Notes: a model not told the origin generated them from the letters alone. A stretch of DNA of 64,000 nt from Myxococcota bacterium (GCA_965250285.1 OZ252299.1:5248001-5312000); one strand, 5' to 3'; numbered from the stretch's first letter, positions 17,252 through 27,458 are shown. A program made the numbers and translations.

Positions 17252-18517
17252 TCAGGTGAGTGTCTTCGCGGCGTGACGAGGCTCGGAGAGCACGAACGTC
17301 ATGGCGCCCGCGATCGTCAGGCTGAGCGCGACGAGGACGAACGTGAGCGTGTAGCCCGTCGCATCGATCAGCACGCCGAACAGCGGCGACGCGGCGAGCG
17401 CGACGACCGAGGACACCTGCGTGAGCGAGAGCGCCTGCGGGTGCTGGTCGCGGGGCGTGATCTCGAGGACGTAGTTGGCGAAGACGCGCAGGACCACCGG
17501 CGTGAGCCCGACCCCGACGAAGATCAAGGCGTAGAGCCGTCGGCCCAGCGCAGGCTCGAGGTGGGCGATGAAGAGCGCGAGGAGCGGGGTCGCGGCGCTC
17601 GCGAAGATCGACACGCGCAGACCGAGGCGATTGCCGGCCCGGTCGACCAGCGGGCCGACGAAGAGCGTGATGACGGCCATCGACAGGTTCTGCACGACGA
17701 CCCAGACCATCCAATCGACGCCGCCCAGGCCGAGACGGTCGCGGGCCAGCGCCTGATAGTGGGGCAGGAGCGCCAGCGAAGTAATGAAGAAGACGTTCAG
17801 CACGACCGCGCGGCGCAGGTCGACGTTCGTGCGCAGCAAGGTCACAGCCACGCGAAACGCGCCGGGCTCGTCATCGGTGGTGGGCTCGGGCGGGTCGGGG
17901 TGCTCCTTCAGGAACGGAGTCGACGCGGCGGCGAGTGAGAGCAACAACCCGACGAACAGAAAGGACCAGGCGAAGCCGAGTGTGCCGGGCAGCTCGAGCC
18001 AGCCGGGGAGCAGCCACCACGCACACAGCGCAGCCAATGCGGCGCCCACCGACGTGCTCACCGCCATCAGGCGGCCGCGATGCTCGGGTGCGATCAGCTT
18101 GCCCTGAAGGCTGCCCTGGGCGTTGCCCCAGATGCCCGTCGAGACGAAGAACACCGCGTAGAGGGCGAGAAAGACCCAGACCAGCCAGGGCGGGGCGGCC
18201 TGCTCGCCGAGCACGAGCAGCAGGAGGCCGATCGCACCGAACGGCACCGCCATGGCCGCCGAGGCGCCGAAGTAGACGCGCTTCTTGAACGGCGCGCGGT
18301 GAATGCGAGCCGCCAGCAAGAAGGGCGGGACCGACTGTGCCACGCGATTCACGATGGGCAGCAGGCCGCGAACCCAACCCGCGCCCGACACGGCATCGAC
18401 GAAGGCCGGCACGATGACGCTCTCAGTCTTGAAGATCCAGCCGATGCGACCGAGGACGAAGTTGGCCGCCATGATCGCCGCGTTGCGCGGCTCGTGCGGG
18501 GCGGCTTCGCGATCCAC
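17252..18517 (-). CDS. MFS transporter
   Basis: 12 TM segments; KLIAPEHRGRL and GPLVDRAGNR; GTG start overlaps the argS stop. Confidence 0.8.
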   Translation of the reverse strand: MDREAAPHEPRNAAIMAANFVLGRIGWIFKTESVIVPAFVDAVSGAGWVRGLLPIVNRVAQSVPPFLLAARIHRAPFKKRVYFGASAAMAVPFGAIGLLLLVLGEQAAPPWLVWVFLALYAVFFVSTGIWGNAQGSLQGKLIAPEHRGRLMAVSTSVGAALAALCAWWLLPGWLELPGTLGFAWSFLFVGLLLSLAAASTPFLKEHPDPPEPTTDDEPGAFRVAVTLLRTNVDLRRAVVLNVFFITSLALLPHYQALARDRLGLGGVDWMVWVVVQNLSMAVITLFVGPLVDRAGNRLGLRVSIFASAATPLLALFIAHLEPALGRRLYALIFVGVGLTPVVLRVFANYVLEITPRDQHPQALSLTQVSSVVALAASPLFGVLIDATGYTLTFVLVALSLTIAGAMTFVLSEPRHAAKTLT

Positions 18518-20256
18518 TACATGCGATCGGGTGCGGCGACGCCCAGGAGACCGAGACCGGTCTTCAGCATCGATCGAGCGGCGACGACCAGCGCGAGGCG
18601 CGCGTCGCGCAGCGCGTCCTCGGCACCGAGCACGTGGTGGTCGCGCAGATAGCTGTGGATGTCGCCTGCGAGGTCGATCATGAGCTTGGTGATCACGCTC
18701 GGCTCGTTCTGGGCCGACGCGCGCTCGAGGGTCGGCCCGAACTCGAGCATGGTGAGCAGCACCTGCTCGGCGTCCTCGAGCAGCGCCCAGTCGACGTTCG
18801 TCGGGTCGAGGGGGACGCCGCCCTGCTCGTCGAGGGCGCCGGCGTTGCGCAGGATGCCCGAGAGCCGCGCCACGGCGAACTGGACGTACGGGCCGGTTTC
18901 GCCATCGAAGTTCAGCATGGCGTCCCAGTCGAACTTCACGTCCTTGATGCGCGCGTTCTTCAGATCGTTGAAGACGATGGCCGACACGCCCACCTGCTCG
19001 GCGACGTCGTCGGCGTTCTCGAGGTCGGGGTTCTTCTCGGCGATGATGCGACGCACGTTCGCCACTGCCTCGTCGAGCACCTCATCGAGAAAGATCGCGT
19101 TGCCGCCTCGCGTGGCGAACTTCTCCCACTTCCCCGTGTCTTCGTTCTTCGCGAGGATCAAGCCGAAGGGCACGTGCTCGATGTGTTCGGCCTGGGGCAA
19201 CCCCATTTTCGAGATGACTTCGCGCAGCTGCTGAAAGTGCAGCTTCTGTTCACTGCCGACGACATAGAGCGCGCGATCGAAGTGAAACGTCTCCATGCGG
19301 TAGAAGATCGCGGCGAGATCGCGCGTCGCATAGATCGTCGTGCCATCGCTCTTTCGCAGGATGCAGGGCGGCATGTCGTCGCCGAAGGCGACGACCTCGG
19401 CGCCCTCGCTGGTCTCGAGGATGCCCGCTTCGGCAACGCGCGCGACGGCGGCCTCCATCTTGTCTTCGTAGAAGCTCTCGCCGGTGAAGTGGTCGAAGTC
19501 GACGCCGAGGCGAGCATAGGGGCCTTCGAACGCGGCCAGCGAAATGTCGCGCAGGCGGTTCCAGAGCTGGCGCTCGGCGTTGTCCTCGCCCGACTCGAGG
19601 CGCCGGAAGTTCTCGGCGCTCTCTTCATCGAGGGCCCGATTCGTCTTGGCTTCGCGCCCGTAACGCACGTAGATCTCGAACAGGTGCCGCATGGGGCTCG
19701 CTTCGAGCTCGGCGTCGGATCCCCAGTGCCGGAAGGCCGTGATGATCTTGCCGAACTGGCTGCCCCAGTCGCCGAGATGATTGATGCCGTGCACCTCGTG
19801 CCCGAGATGTCGGTGGATCTTGCAGAGCGCGCTGCCGATCACGGTCGAGCGCAGGTGACCCATGTGGAAGGGCTTGGCGATGTTCGGTGACGAGTAGTCG
19901 ATGACGATCACTTCGCCGGTCGACTTCGCCGGCCCGAAGGGGGCGACCCCGTCGCGGATGCCGGTGATCACATACTCGGCGAGGGCCGAGCGCCGGAAGC
20001 GGAAGTTGACGAAGGGACCCGTCGCGACGGCCGACTCGAGCACGGCGTCGGGCGTGAACGAAGCGGCCAGCGCCTCGGCGATCTTCGGGGGCGCCTGCTG
20101 GCGCAGCTTGGCGAGCGGGAAGCAGCCGAGGGCGACATCGCCGAACTTGCGATCCTTCGGCGGCTGCAGGCGCAGCTGAGCCGCGACCTCGGGGGGGACA
20201 TCGCCCACCGCGGCCTCGACCAGCTGCTCGAGATGTGTCGTCGGATCCCCGCCCAC
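18517..20256 (-). CDS. argS: Arginine--tRNA ligase
   Basis: DYSSPNIAKPFHMGHLRSTVIG, NHLGDWG, KSDGTTIYATRDLA and FDGETGPYVQ; C-terminal PDRM. Confidence 0.95.
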   Translation of the reverse strand: MGGDPTTHLEQLVEAAVGDVPPEVAAQLRLQPPKDRKFGDVALGCFPLAKLRQQAPPKIAEALAASFTPDAVLESAVATGPFVNFRFRRSALAEYVITGIRDGVAPFGPAKSTGEVIVIDYSSPNIAKPFHMGHLRSTVIGSALCKIHRHLGHEVHGINHLGDWGSQFGKIITAFRHWGSDAELEASPMRHLFEIYVRYGREAKTNRALDEESAENFRRLESGEDNAERQLWNRLRDISLAAFEGPYARLGVDFDHFTGESFYEDKMEAAVARVAEAGILETSEGAEVVAFGDDMPPCILRKSDGTTIYATRDLAAIFYRMETFHFDRALYVVGSEQKLHFQQLREVISKMGLPQAEHIEHVPFGLILAKNEDTGKWEKFATRGGNAIFLDEVLDEAVANVRRIIAEKNPDLENADDVAEQVGVSAIVFNDLKNARIKDVKFDWDAMLNFDGETGPYVQFAVARLSGILRNAGALDEQGGVPLDPTNVDWALLEDAEQVLLTMLEFGPTLERASAQNEPSVITKLMIDLAGDIHSYLRDHHVLGAEDALRDARLALVVAARSMLKTGLGLLGVAAPDRM

Positions 20257-20344
20257 GGGTGGCGCCTCCGGTTCTGGAAGCGCCCACCGTTAGCTCAACT
20301 CCGGATCGCGCGTCCACTTGAGGGAGCGGGGTGGGTTGCACGGG

Positions 20345-20476
20345 CGCGTTTTCGGGGGTGGCGTCCTCAGACTCCGGCGGGCCGGCCTTGCGGGCGGCGT
20401 TCTTTGGGGGGGCCATCGTGAGATGAGAGACTGGCTGGCCCGCCTTCGACTTGCGGGCGCCACCCCCGAAAACGCG
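20345..20476 (+). repeat. Structured hairpin repeat family A, copy 3
   Basis: CGCGTTTTCGGGGGTGGCG-TCCTCAGA ... TTCGACTTGCGGG-CGCCACCCCCGAAAACGCG. Confidence 0.9.
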
Positions 20477-20673
20477 AGCGTTGCGGAGCGACGCCGCGCC
20501 AGGGGCGTGGCCCGCACGATCTCTTCGCGGGGGGCAGACGCGGCCTGCGGCCGCGTCTGACATCTCCCTCTCTCTATTGCCTGGTGGCGGCCCGCCGCTG
20601 CTCCGTTCGACTGGGCGTGTCGGTCGGCCGACGATCCAGGCGCACGCGGGCGATCCGGCGCCGCGCGCCGCCT

Positions 20674-20808
20674 TCGGGTTTTCGGGGGTGGCGCCCGCAA
20701 GTTGGAGGCGAGCGCCACCCCCACCCCGGCGCCCGCCCCGAGCACAAACGAAGGGCCGCCGCACAGCCCGCGAGCCGGAATCTGAGGACGACACCCCCGA
20801 AAACCCGA
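20674..20808 (-). repeat. Structured hairpin repeat family A, copy 4 (inverted)
   Basis: The + strand reads CCCGCAAGTTGGA ... TCTGAGGA-CGACACCCCCGAAAACCCGA, the reverse complement of the copy 1 type. Confidence 0.9.
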
Positions 20809-20934
20809 CCCCAGCACCCGCCCCCACAATCTCCACACACCGCCTCGTCCCGCCCCCACCCGCCCCCCGACCGTTCCGGTACGATTGCCCCCGACAGGCT
20901 CTCTTCCCCCCCCTGTGCGACCGCCGGAGCCACC

Positions 20935-23181
20935 ATGGAACCCGTCCCCCCGCCGATCCCGCTCAAGCCGCGGGCGGTGCGTACCGAAAACGTCGAAATG
21001 TCCTCTCGCAGCGCAAAGGACGCCCAGGTCGACTCGCCCGAGCCGGGTGAAGAGGACGGGCTCGACCTCAGCTCGCCCGAGCTCTACCTGAACCGCGAGT
21101 TCACGTGGATCGACTTCAACGGCCGCGTGCTGTCGCTGGCCAAGAACGAGCGGACGCCTCTGCTCGAGCGGCTGAAGTTTCTCGCCATCGTCGGCTCGAA
21201 CTTCGACGAGTTCTTCATGAAGCGCGTGGGTGTGCTGGGGCAGCAGGTGAGCGCCGGTGTGCGCGACCTCAGCTTCGACGGTCGGACGCCCCTCGAGCAG
21301 GTCGTCGAGTGTGCCTCGCGCTATCGGCTGCTGCTGCCGGTGCAAGAAGCCGTGCGGCGCGAGATCGTCGATGCGCTGCAGGATCACGCCATTCACGTCG
21401 TCGCCTATGACGATCTCGAAGAAGCCGAGCGCGAGAAGGTTCGCGACTCGTACGTCGAGAACATCTACCCGCTGGTGACGCCCCAGGCGATGGATCCGGC
21501 GCATCCCTTTCCGTTCGTCTCGAATCTCTCGCTCAATCTGCTCGTCGCGCTGCGCCATCCGAAGGACAACGTGCGCGTGCGCGCACGCGTGAAGGTGCCG
21601 GTCGGGCCGGGCATTCCGCGCTTCCTGCGCGTCGCCGAAGAAGAAGACCGATTCGTGCCCCTCGAAGAGGTGATGGCCGCAAACCTCGACCTGCTCTTTC
21701 CGGGGATGGACATCGAGGCCAGTGATCTCTTTCGTGTGACCCGCAACGTCGCCGTGGAGCGCGAAGAAGAAGGGGCCGAAGACCTGCTCGCCCTCATCGA
21801 GAGCGAGCTGCTCGAGCGTCGTTTCGCCGACATCGTCCGGCTCGAGGTCGACGCCACGATGTCCGATGCGCACCGCAAGCTGCTCGCCGACGAGTTCGAG
21901 CTCGACCCCGAACGCGGGGTCTTCGAGGTGGAGGGCATGCTCGGGCTGCGTGATTTGATGCAGATCGCCAGCATCGACCAAGCCGAGCTTCACGACCCGC
22001 CGCATCGTCCGCTCGATCATCCCGAGCTGATCAGCGACCGCCCGATCTTCGACATCGTGCGCGACCGAGGCAGCATCTTCGTCGCACATCCGTATCAGTC
22101 GTTCTCGAGCTCGGTCGAGCGCTTTCTCAAGGAGGCGAGCACCGACCCGCAGGTGTACGCCATCAAGATGACCGTGTACCGCACGAGCGAAGATTCGCAC
22201 GTCATCGATCATCTGATCGAGGCTGCTCGCCGGGGCAAGCAGGTCGCGGTGGTCGTCGAGCTCAAGGCCCGCTTCGACGAAGAGGCCAACATTCGCTGGG
22301 CCAATCGGCTCGAGCAGTTCGGCATTCACGTGACGTACGGCGTGATGGGCGTGAAGACGCACTGCAAGGTGATCCTCGCCGTGCGGCGCGATCGCGATGG
22401 GCTGCGCCGCTACGTGCACCTCGGCACGGGCAACTACCACGCTCAGAATGCGCGCATCTACTCGGACGTCGGCCTGCTCACGTGCGATCCCGAGATCGGG
22501 GCCGACGCGACCGAGCTCTTCAACTACCTGACGACCGGCTACAAGCCGAAGCGGCGCTACGCGAAGCTGCTCGTGGCGCCGAGCTACATGAAGCCCGGCC
22601 TGATCGAGATGATCGACCGCGAGATCGAGATTCAGCGAACTGGCGGCGAGGGCCTGATCCAGATCAAGGTCAACGCGCTCGAGCACCCCGCGCTCGCCGA
22701 AGCGCTCTACCGTGCATCGAGCGCCGGCGTTCAGGTCGACCTCATCGTTCGCGATACCTGCCGGGTGCGACCCGGGCTGCCCGGGATCTCCGAGTCGATG
22801 CGTGTCGTCTCGCTCGTCGGACGCTTCCTCGAGCACGCGCGCATCTTCCACTTCGGCAACGGCGGCGACCCGGTCTACTACATCGGCTCGGCCGATCTGA
22901 TGTCGCGCAACCTCGACGCGCGGGTCGAGCAGCTCGTGCCGATCGAGCACGACGAGGGCCGCGAGTACCTGCGCTTCATGCTCGACGCCCAGCTCGAGGA
23001 CGACTTCAACGCCTGGGACATGCGCGCCGACGGGACCTACCAGCATCGCCGCCCCACGGATCCCGACGAGCCCAGAGACAGCCACCACGCCCAGATCGAG
23101 CGGGCCGAGCGCGACTACCGGGGGGCCACGCGGCTGCGGCGCCGAAAGCCGTCGGGTGTCGCGAAGCGACTCGCCGACTGA
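20935..23181 (+). CDS. ppk1: Polyphosphate kinase 1
   Basis: YLNREFTWIDFN.RVL, DPAHPFPFVSNLSLN, ELKARFDEEANI, KTHCK, HLGTGNYH and GRFLEH; start 20935 or 20998. Confidence 0.95.
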   Translation: MEPVPPPIPLKPRAVRTENVEMSSRSAKDAQVDSPEPGEEDGLDLSSPELYLNREFTWIDFNGRVLSLAKNERTPLLERLKFLAIVGSNFDEFFMKRVGVLGQQVSAGVRDLSFDGRTPLEQVVECASRYRLLLPVQEAVRREIVDALQDHAIHVVAYDDLEEAEREKVRDSYVENIYPLVTPQAMDPAHPFPFVSNLSLNLLVALRHPKDNVRVRARVKVPVGPGIPRFLRVAEEEDRFVPLEEVMAANLDLLFPGMDIEASDLFRVTRNVAVEREEEGAEDLLALIESELLERRFADIVRLEVDATMSDAHRKLLADEFELDPERGVFEVEGMLGLRDLMQIASIDQAELHDPPHRPLDHPELISDRPIFDIVRDRGSIFVAHPYQSFSSSVERFLKEASTDPQVYAIKMTVYRTSEDSHVIDHLIEAARRGKQVAVVVELKARFDEEANIRWANRLEQFGIHVTYGVMGVKTHCKVILAVRRDRDGLRRYVHLGTGNYHAQNARIYSDVGLLTCDPEIGADATELFNYLTTGYKPKRRYAKLLVAPSYMKPGLIEMIDREIEIQRTGGEGLIQIKVNALEHPALAEALYRASSAGVQVDLIVRDTCRVRPGLPGISESMRVVSLVGRFLEHARIFHFGNGGDPVYYIGSADLMSRNLDARVEQLVPIEHDEGREYLRFMLDAQLEDDFNAWDMRADGTYQHRRPTDPDEPRDSHHAQIERAERDYRGATRLRRRKPSGVAKRLAD

Positions 23182-23295
23182 TCGCCGCGCGCTCGGCGGA
23201 CACTTCGCCAGAATAATCCGAAACGAAATCAGCCACTTGTGAGATCGCCGGGCCCGTCCCACGGAACTCATCCGAAAGCGCTGCCATGCAGTAGA

Positions 23296-23317
23296 TCTAC
23301 CAGATATATCTGGTAGA
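23296..23317. promoter_or_regulatory. Perfect 22-bp palindrome, probable PadR autoregulatory operator
   Basis: TCTACCAGATA|TATCTGGTAGA, ending 9 nt before the padR ATG. Confidence 0.75.
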
Positions 23318-23326
23318 CTGATTTGT

Positions 23327-23923
23327 ATGGCCCAATCCAATCGAACTGCATACGCCCTGCTCGGCTTTCTGACGCGCGGCCCCATGTCGGGCTACGACAT
23401 CAAGAAGGCCGTCGAGGGGAGCGTCGACAACTTCTGGAACGAGAGCTTCGGGCAGATCTATCCGACGCTGCGCCGGCTCTCGGATGAAGGGCTGATCGAC
23501 AAGGAAGAAGCGGCCACGCCGGGCGGCAGACCGCGTCACGTCTACGCGATCAACGCCGCAGGGCGTGAGGCGCTCGCCCAGTGGCTGCGTGAAGACACGC
23601 CGCCCCCGCCGGTTCGGATCGAGCTGCTGCTCAAGCTGTTCTTCGGCATTCAGGCCGATCGCGAGACGAATCGGGCGCAGATCCTCGCGTATCGAGAGCG
23701 GATGACGAGCGACCTGGCGCGCTACCGCGCCATCGCCGATGCACTGCGCGCCGAGAAGCACGGGAACGCCGAGCTGCCCTACTGGCTCTTGACCCTGCGC
23801 TTCGGTGAGCGCGACCGACAGGCGCACATCGATTGGTGTGACGAGGCGCTCGAGATGCTCGACCAGCTTCCGAACCCGGGCGACACCCGCCGCACGTCGG
23901 CAATCGAGGAGTGGACACGATGA
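23327..23923 (+). CDS. PadR-family transcriptional regulator (long, AphA-like C-terminus)
   Basis: GPMSGYDIKK, FWNESFGQIYPTL, RHVYAINAAGREAL and ELLLKLFF. Confidence 0.9.
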   Translation: MAQSNRTAYALLGFLTRGPMSGYDIKKAVEGSVDNFWNESFGQIYPTLRRLSDEGLIDKEEAATPGGRPRHVYAINAAGREALAQWLREDTPPPPVRIELLLKLFFGIQADRETNRAQILAYRERMTSDLARYRAIADALRAEKHGNAELPYWLLTLRFGERDRQAHIDWCDEALEMLDQLPNPGDTRRTSAIEEWTR

Positions 23924-25365
23924 CCGAGCCCGACGGCACCGCGCGCGCCTCGCTCTCGACCAAGCTCTACTACGGGCTCGGAGCCACGCCCTTCGGCATC
24001 AAGGACACCGGGTTCAACTACTTCATTCTCATCTACTACAATCAGGTGCTCGGCCTCGATCCTTTCTTTGCCGGGGCCGCGCTCGCCCTCGCCATCGTGA
24101 TCGACGCGGTCTCGGACGTCGCCGTCGGCGTGCTCTCCGACGGTTGGCGCTCGCGGTGGGGGCGGCGGCATCCCTTCATGTACGCGGCGGCGGTGCCCGT
24201 TGCGCTGTCGTTCTACTTCCTCTGGAACCCACCCGCCGCCGCGCTCCAGGGCCAGGCGGTGCTGTTCACCTACCTGCTCGTGATGGCCGTGCTCGTGCGC
24301 AGCTGCCTGACGTTCTTCGAGGTTCCGAACGCCGCGATGGGCCCCGAGCTCACGCAGGACTACAACGATCGCACGGGGCTGATGGCCTTCCGATACGTCT
24401 TCGGGTGGCTCGGCGGCCTCTCGATGGCCGTGCTCGCGTACACCGTCCTCCTGCCCTCCGATGCGGCCGGTCAGCTCGGCCCGCGCGGCTACCAGCTGAT
24501 CGGCGTGATCGGCAGCGGCTCGATGCTCGCCCTGATGGTGTTGTCTTCGCTCGGCACGCATCGGCACATTCGCGAGTTCCACGTGCCCGCTCCGCGCGCT
24601 CGGCTCGATCGCCGCGCCATCGTCGAATCGATCACGTCGATGTTCCGCAACCGGTCCTTCGTATCGGTCTTCGTGTCGGCGCTGTTCTTCGGAGCGGCAG
24701 CCGGCGTATCGCAGGCCATGTCGATCTATGTCAGCACCTTCTTCTGGCTGCTGAGCTCGGTCGAGATCGGATACATCCCGATGCTGGGCCTCATCGCGGT
24801 GCCCGCTTCGTACCTGATCGCGCCTCGGCTCGCGGCGCGGTGGGGCAAGAAGCAGGCCGCGATGCACTGCTTCCTCTTCGCGATCGTGTTTCTGCCGATC
24901 GCGTTCATCGCGCAGCTCGCGGGGGTCTTCCCGGGCCGGGAGAGCCCCTTCTATCTACCTCTGCTGATGTCGCACTACCTCGTCGAGACGACCGCGATCA
25001 TCTGCATGCAGATCGTGTTCGCATCGATGAACGCCGACGTCGTCGAGGATCGCAGTGCAGAGACCGAGGGGCGGCGCGACGAGGGCCTGATCTTCGCCGC
25101 CCGCAACTTCTCGAAGAAGGCGGTGTCGGGTCTGGGCGTGCTGCTCGCGGGGTTGATCCTCTGGGTCGCCCGCTTCCCCGATCAGGCCAAGCCCGGCGAA
25201 GTCGAGCCGTCGTCGGTGACGACGCTCGTCCTGGTCTATCTACCGGTGATCCTCGGCCTGTATCTCGCATCGTGGCGTGCGCTCGGCGGATACGACATCG
25301 ACCGCGCCAAGCATCAGGCGAACCTCGATCGCACCCGGCTGCACCCGGCCCGTCCGCAGGGCTGA
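23920..25365 (+). CDS. GPH (MelB-like) MFS symporter
   Basis: SD.WRSRWGRRHPF, ELTQDYNDRT and ADVVED....GRRDEG; ATGA overlap with padR. Confidence 0.88.
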   Translation: MTEPDGTARASLSTKLYYGLGATPFGIKDTGFNYFILIYYNQVLGLDPFFAGAALALAIVIDAVSDVAVGVLSDGWRSRWGRRHPFMYAAAVPVALSFYFLWNPPAAALQGQAVLFTYLLVMAVLVRSCLTFFEVPNAAMGPELTQDYNDRTGLMAFRYVFGWLGGLSMAVLAYTVLLPSDAAGQLGPRGYQLIGVIGSGSMLALMVLSSLGTHRHIREFHVPAPRARLDRRAIVESITSMFRNRSFVSVFVSALFFGAAAGVSQAMSIYVSTFFWLLSSVEIGYIPMLGLIAVPASYLIAPRLAARWGKKQAAMHCFLFAIVFLPIAFIAQLAGVFPGRESPFYLPLLMSHYLVETTAIICMQIVFASMNADVVEDRSAETEGRRDEGLIFAARNFSKKAVSGLGVLLAGLILWVARFPDQAKPGEVEPSSVTTLVLVYLPVILGLYLASWRALGGYDIDRAKHQANLDRTRLHPARPQG

Positions 25366-25378
25366 CCCGCGACCGCGC

Positions 25379-26626
25379 TCAGGACTCCGCTTGGGTCGCC
25401 GCCGCCTTGTAGATCCCTCGCGCCATCAGGCTCGTCGCCGCCTTCGCGCGGGCTCGGTAGAGCGCGGCGCGGGCCTCTCGCACGCGCACCTCGTCGGGGG
25501 CGGCGTGCCATGCCAGCTCGACGAGCTCGCAGGCGACGTCGAGATCGCCGTCCGCGGCCGCTGCCTCGGCCGCTGCGGCGAGCGCACCTGCACCACCGGC
25601 GAGATCGGCCACGGCGCGGCCGAGCTTTGCGGTCTGCGGTGGAACGAGGTGCGCAGGATTGCCGTCGTACCAGCCGCCGTAGAGCCGCCAGAGGTTGCGG
25701 ACGATGAAGAGCGGGTGGTCGTACACCGGTCGCAGGTAGGGCCGCTCGAGTAGCGCATGCGGGATGTCGATGCCGTGGAGCACGTCGTCGAGGGTCGCGC
25801 CGTCGTTCATCATCGCGAGCGTCTGCTCGCAGATTGACTCGAGCAGCTCGGCTGACTCATCGAGGGCCTGCTTCACTCGGTCGGCGCCGATGATCGGCGG
25901 CCCGTGCCCGGGGAAGAGCGTCTCGGCGCCGAGCATCGACATCTTGCGCAACGCCGCGGCCCACTCGCGCGGGTAGCGCTGCACCTTCTGCGGGTTGCCG
26001 CAGTTGGGCGAGGCCCAGATGAAGAGGTCTCCGGTGTAGATCGCCTTGCGTTCGGGCACCCAGGCCCAGACATGGTCGTCGGTTTCGCCGCGGTCGTGTC
26101 GCAGCTCGATGCGCTCGTCCCCGATCTCGAGCACGAGGTCATCGCGCAGCGTCTCGTCGGGATACGTGAACTCGCCCGGAAACACCGGCTTCGGAAACCC
26201 GAACTGCCGCATGTTGATGTGGCCGTTGTAGCCCTGGGTCAGCTTGTAGCGGTCGAAGCGGGCCGGGCAGGCCTCGTGCGCGATGATGTGGGGCGCCGGC
26301 TCCCCCTTCTCGGCGGCTTCTTCGGCGAAGCGCTTCAGGCCAAAGACGTGGTCGACATGGCCGTGGGTATAGACGCCCGTGTGGACGCGGGCCTGGCTCC
26401 AGGATCGTACGTCGTCGTACATCTGATTGGCGTGAAAGAGGCTGCTCGTATCGATGAATACGAGGCCCTCGCCGCTGTCGAGCACCAGCGCGTTCGAGAA
26501 CGCCGACATGAAGCCGAGGCCATCGTCGAAGGGCTCGAAGGCCACGAGCGCGTTGCCCGGATGGACCTGGGTGTCGGCGAGGGTTCCGTTCCACGCCTGC
26601 TCCGCTAGCTGGGTCACCTCACCCAT
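25379..26626 (-). CDS. Alkyl-sulfatase-like MBL-fold hydrolase with dimerization domain
   Basis: THGHVDH, GETDDH, PGHG and RNLWRLYGGWYDGNPAHL. Confidence 0.85.
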   Translation of the reverse strand: MGEVTQLAEQAWNGTLADTQVHPGNALVAFEPFDDGLGFMSAFSNALVLDSGEGLVFIDTSSLFHANQMYDDVRSWSQARVHTGVYTHGHVDHVFGLKRFAEEAAEKGEPAPHIIAHEACPARFDRYKLTQGYNGHINMRQFGFPKPVFPGEFTYPDETLRDDLVLEIGDERIELRHDRGETDDHVWAWVPERKAIYTGDLFIWASPNCGNPQKVQRYPREWAAALRKMSMLGAETLFPGHGPPIIGADRVKQALDESAELLESICEQTLAMMNDGATLDDVLHGIDIPHALLERPYLRPVYDHPLFIVRNLWRLYGGWYDGNPAHLVPPQTAKLGRAVADLAGGAGALAAAAEAAAADGDLDVACELVELAWHAAPDEVRVREARAALYRARAKAATSLMARGIYKAAATQAES

Positions 26627-26894
26627 GCCGTGCCTCCTCGTCGTGCGTCGGGTCTGCCTTCGGGTTGCGCACGCACCCGAACGGCGAGCATAGCCGCTCG
26701 ATCGAGCGGGGGCGGATTCATGCCGACCGGGCCCGGCCTTGGGGCGCGATCTGCGCATGGGTTGCGACGCCGGCGCCGGTTCGGCGTCACGCAGATGCGT
26801 AGGGTATCCGTACAGCACGCTCTCGATTCGGCCGATACGTCATGTAGATCACACTCCTCGAGCGCGGCGGCTCGAGCCTGCAGGAGCAAAGACC

Positions 26895-27458
26895 GTGACG
26901 AGGGCCGGGCAATGGGATCGGAGAGGCGGGTTCACGCTCGTCGAGCTGATGATCGTCGTGGCGATCATCGGCATCCTCGCGTCGACCGCCCTGCCGTCGT
27001 TCATGCGCTTCCAGCTGCGCGCCAAGGCTTCGGAGGCGAAGACGAACCTGCAGGCGATTCGGCACGCCCAGATGGCCTACATGAGCGAAGCCGGCTCTTT
27101 CTCGCCGGCGTCGGCCTCGCCGGCTGCGCCGAGTGGCTCGATCCCGACCGACTTCGTCGACACCGGGCCGCCGGCTGCGAACTTCGAGACCATCGGTTGG
27201 CAACCCGAGGGTCGCGTCTACTTCTCGTACGCCATCACCGTCGACCCCGGGCGCACGCAGTTCACCGCCGACGCGGCGGGCGATCTCGACAACGACACGC
27301 TTCCGCAGGTGTGGGGCGTCGTGCACCCCGACACGCTGGGGGGCTCGGTTGTCGGGTTCCATGGCTGCGCGGGTGTGCTCAACCCCGGCACCGGCGTCGC
27401 CGATCGCCACTCGACCGTGGGGCCCTGCGGCCTCCAGGACGGACAGAGCATCTTCTGA
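26895..27458 (+). CDS. Type IV pilin (PilA-like, deltaproteobacterial/myxobacterial type)
   Basis: GG|FTLVELMIVVAIIGILA prepilin cleavage site; RAKASEAKTNL; C-terminal Cys pair; AGGAG RBS before the GTG. Confidence 0.88.
   Translation: MTRAGQWDRRGGFTLVELMIVVAIIGILASTALPSFMRFQLRAKASEAKTNLQAIRHAQMAYMSEAGSFSPASASPAAPSGSIPTDFVDTGPPAANFETIGWQPEGRVYFSYAITVDPGRTQFTADAAGDLDNDTLPQVWGVVHPDTLGGSVVGFHGCAGVLNPGTGVADRHSTVGPCGLQDGQSIF

Noticed and set aside
20280..20312. tRNA-Arg-like 5' fragment (GCGCCC..GTTAGCTCAACT..GGAT) upstream of argS
   Set aside because: No anticodon arm, T-arm or acceptor pairing follows; it is more likely the argS promoter region read on the other strand.
20674..20808. Hammerhead ribozyme in repeat A (CTGAGGA ... 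GAAA on one strand)
   Set aside because: The 10 nt between CTGAGGA and GAAA cannot form stem II, the GAAA is part of the terminal arm and varies (AGAAT in other copies), and no stem III/NUH arrangement is evident.
20290..23385. Very long antisense or alternative-frame ORFs (e.g. 20290-23385 -, 1409-4612 -, 31138-33678 +, 8746-10740 -)
   Set aside because: They are shadow ORFs expected at high GC. They overlap well-supported genes and show no recognisable motifs.
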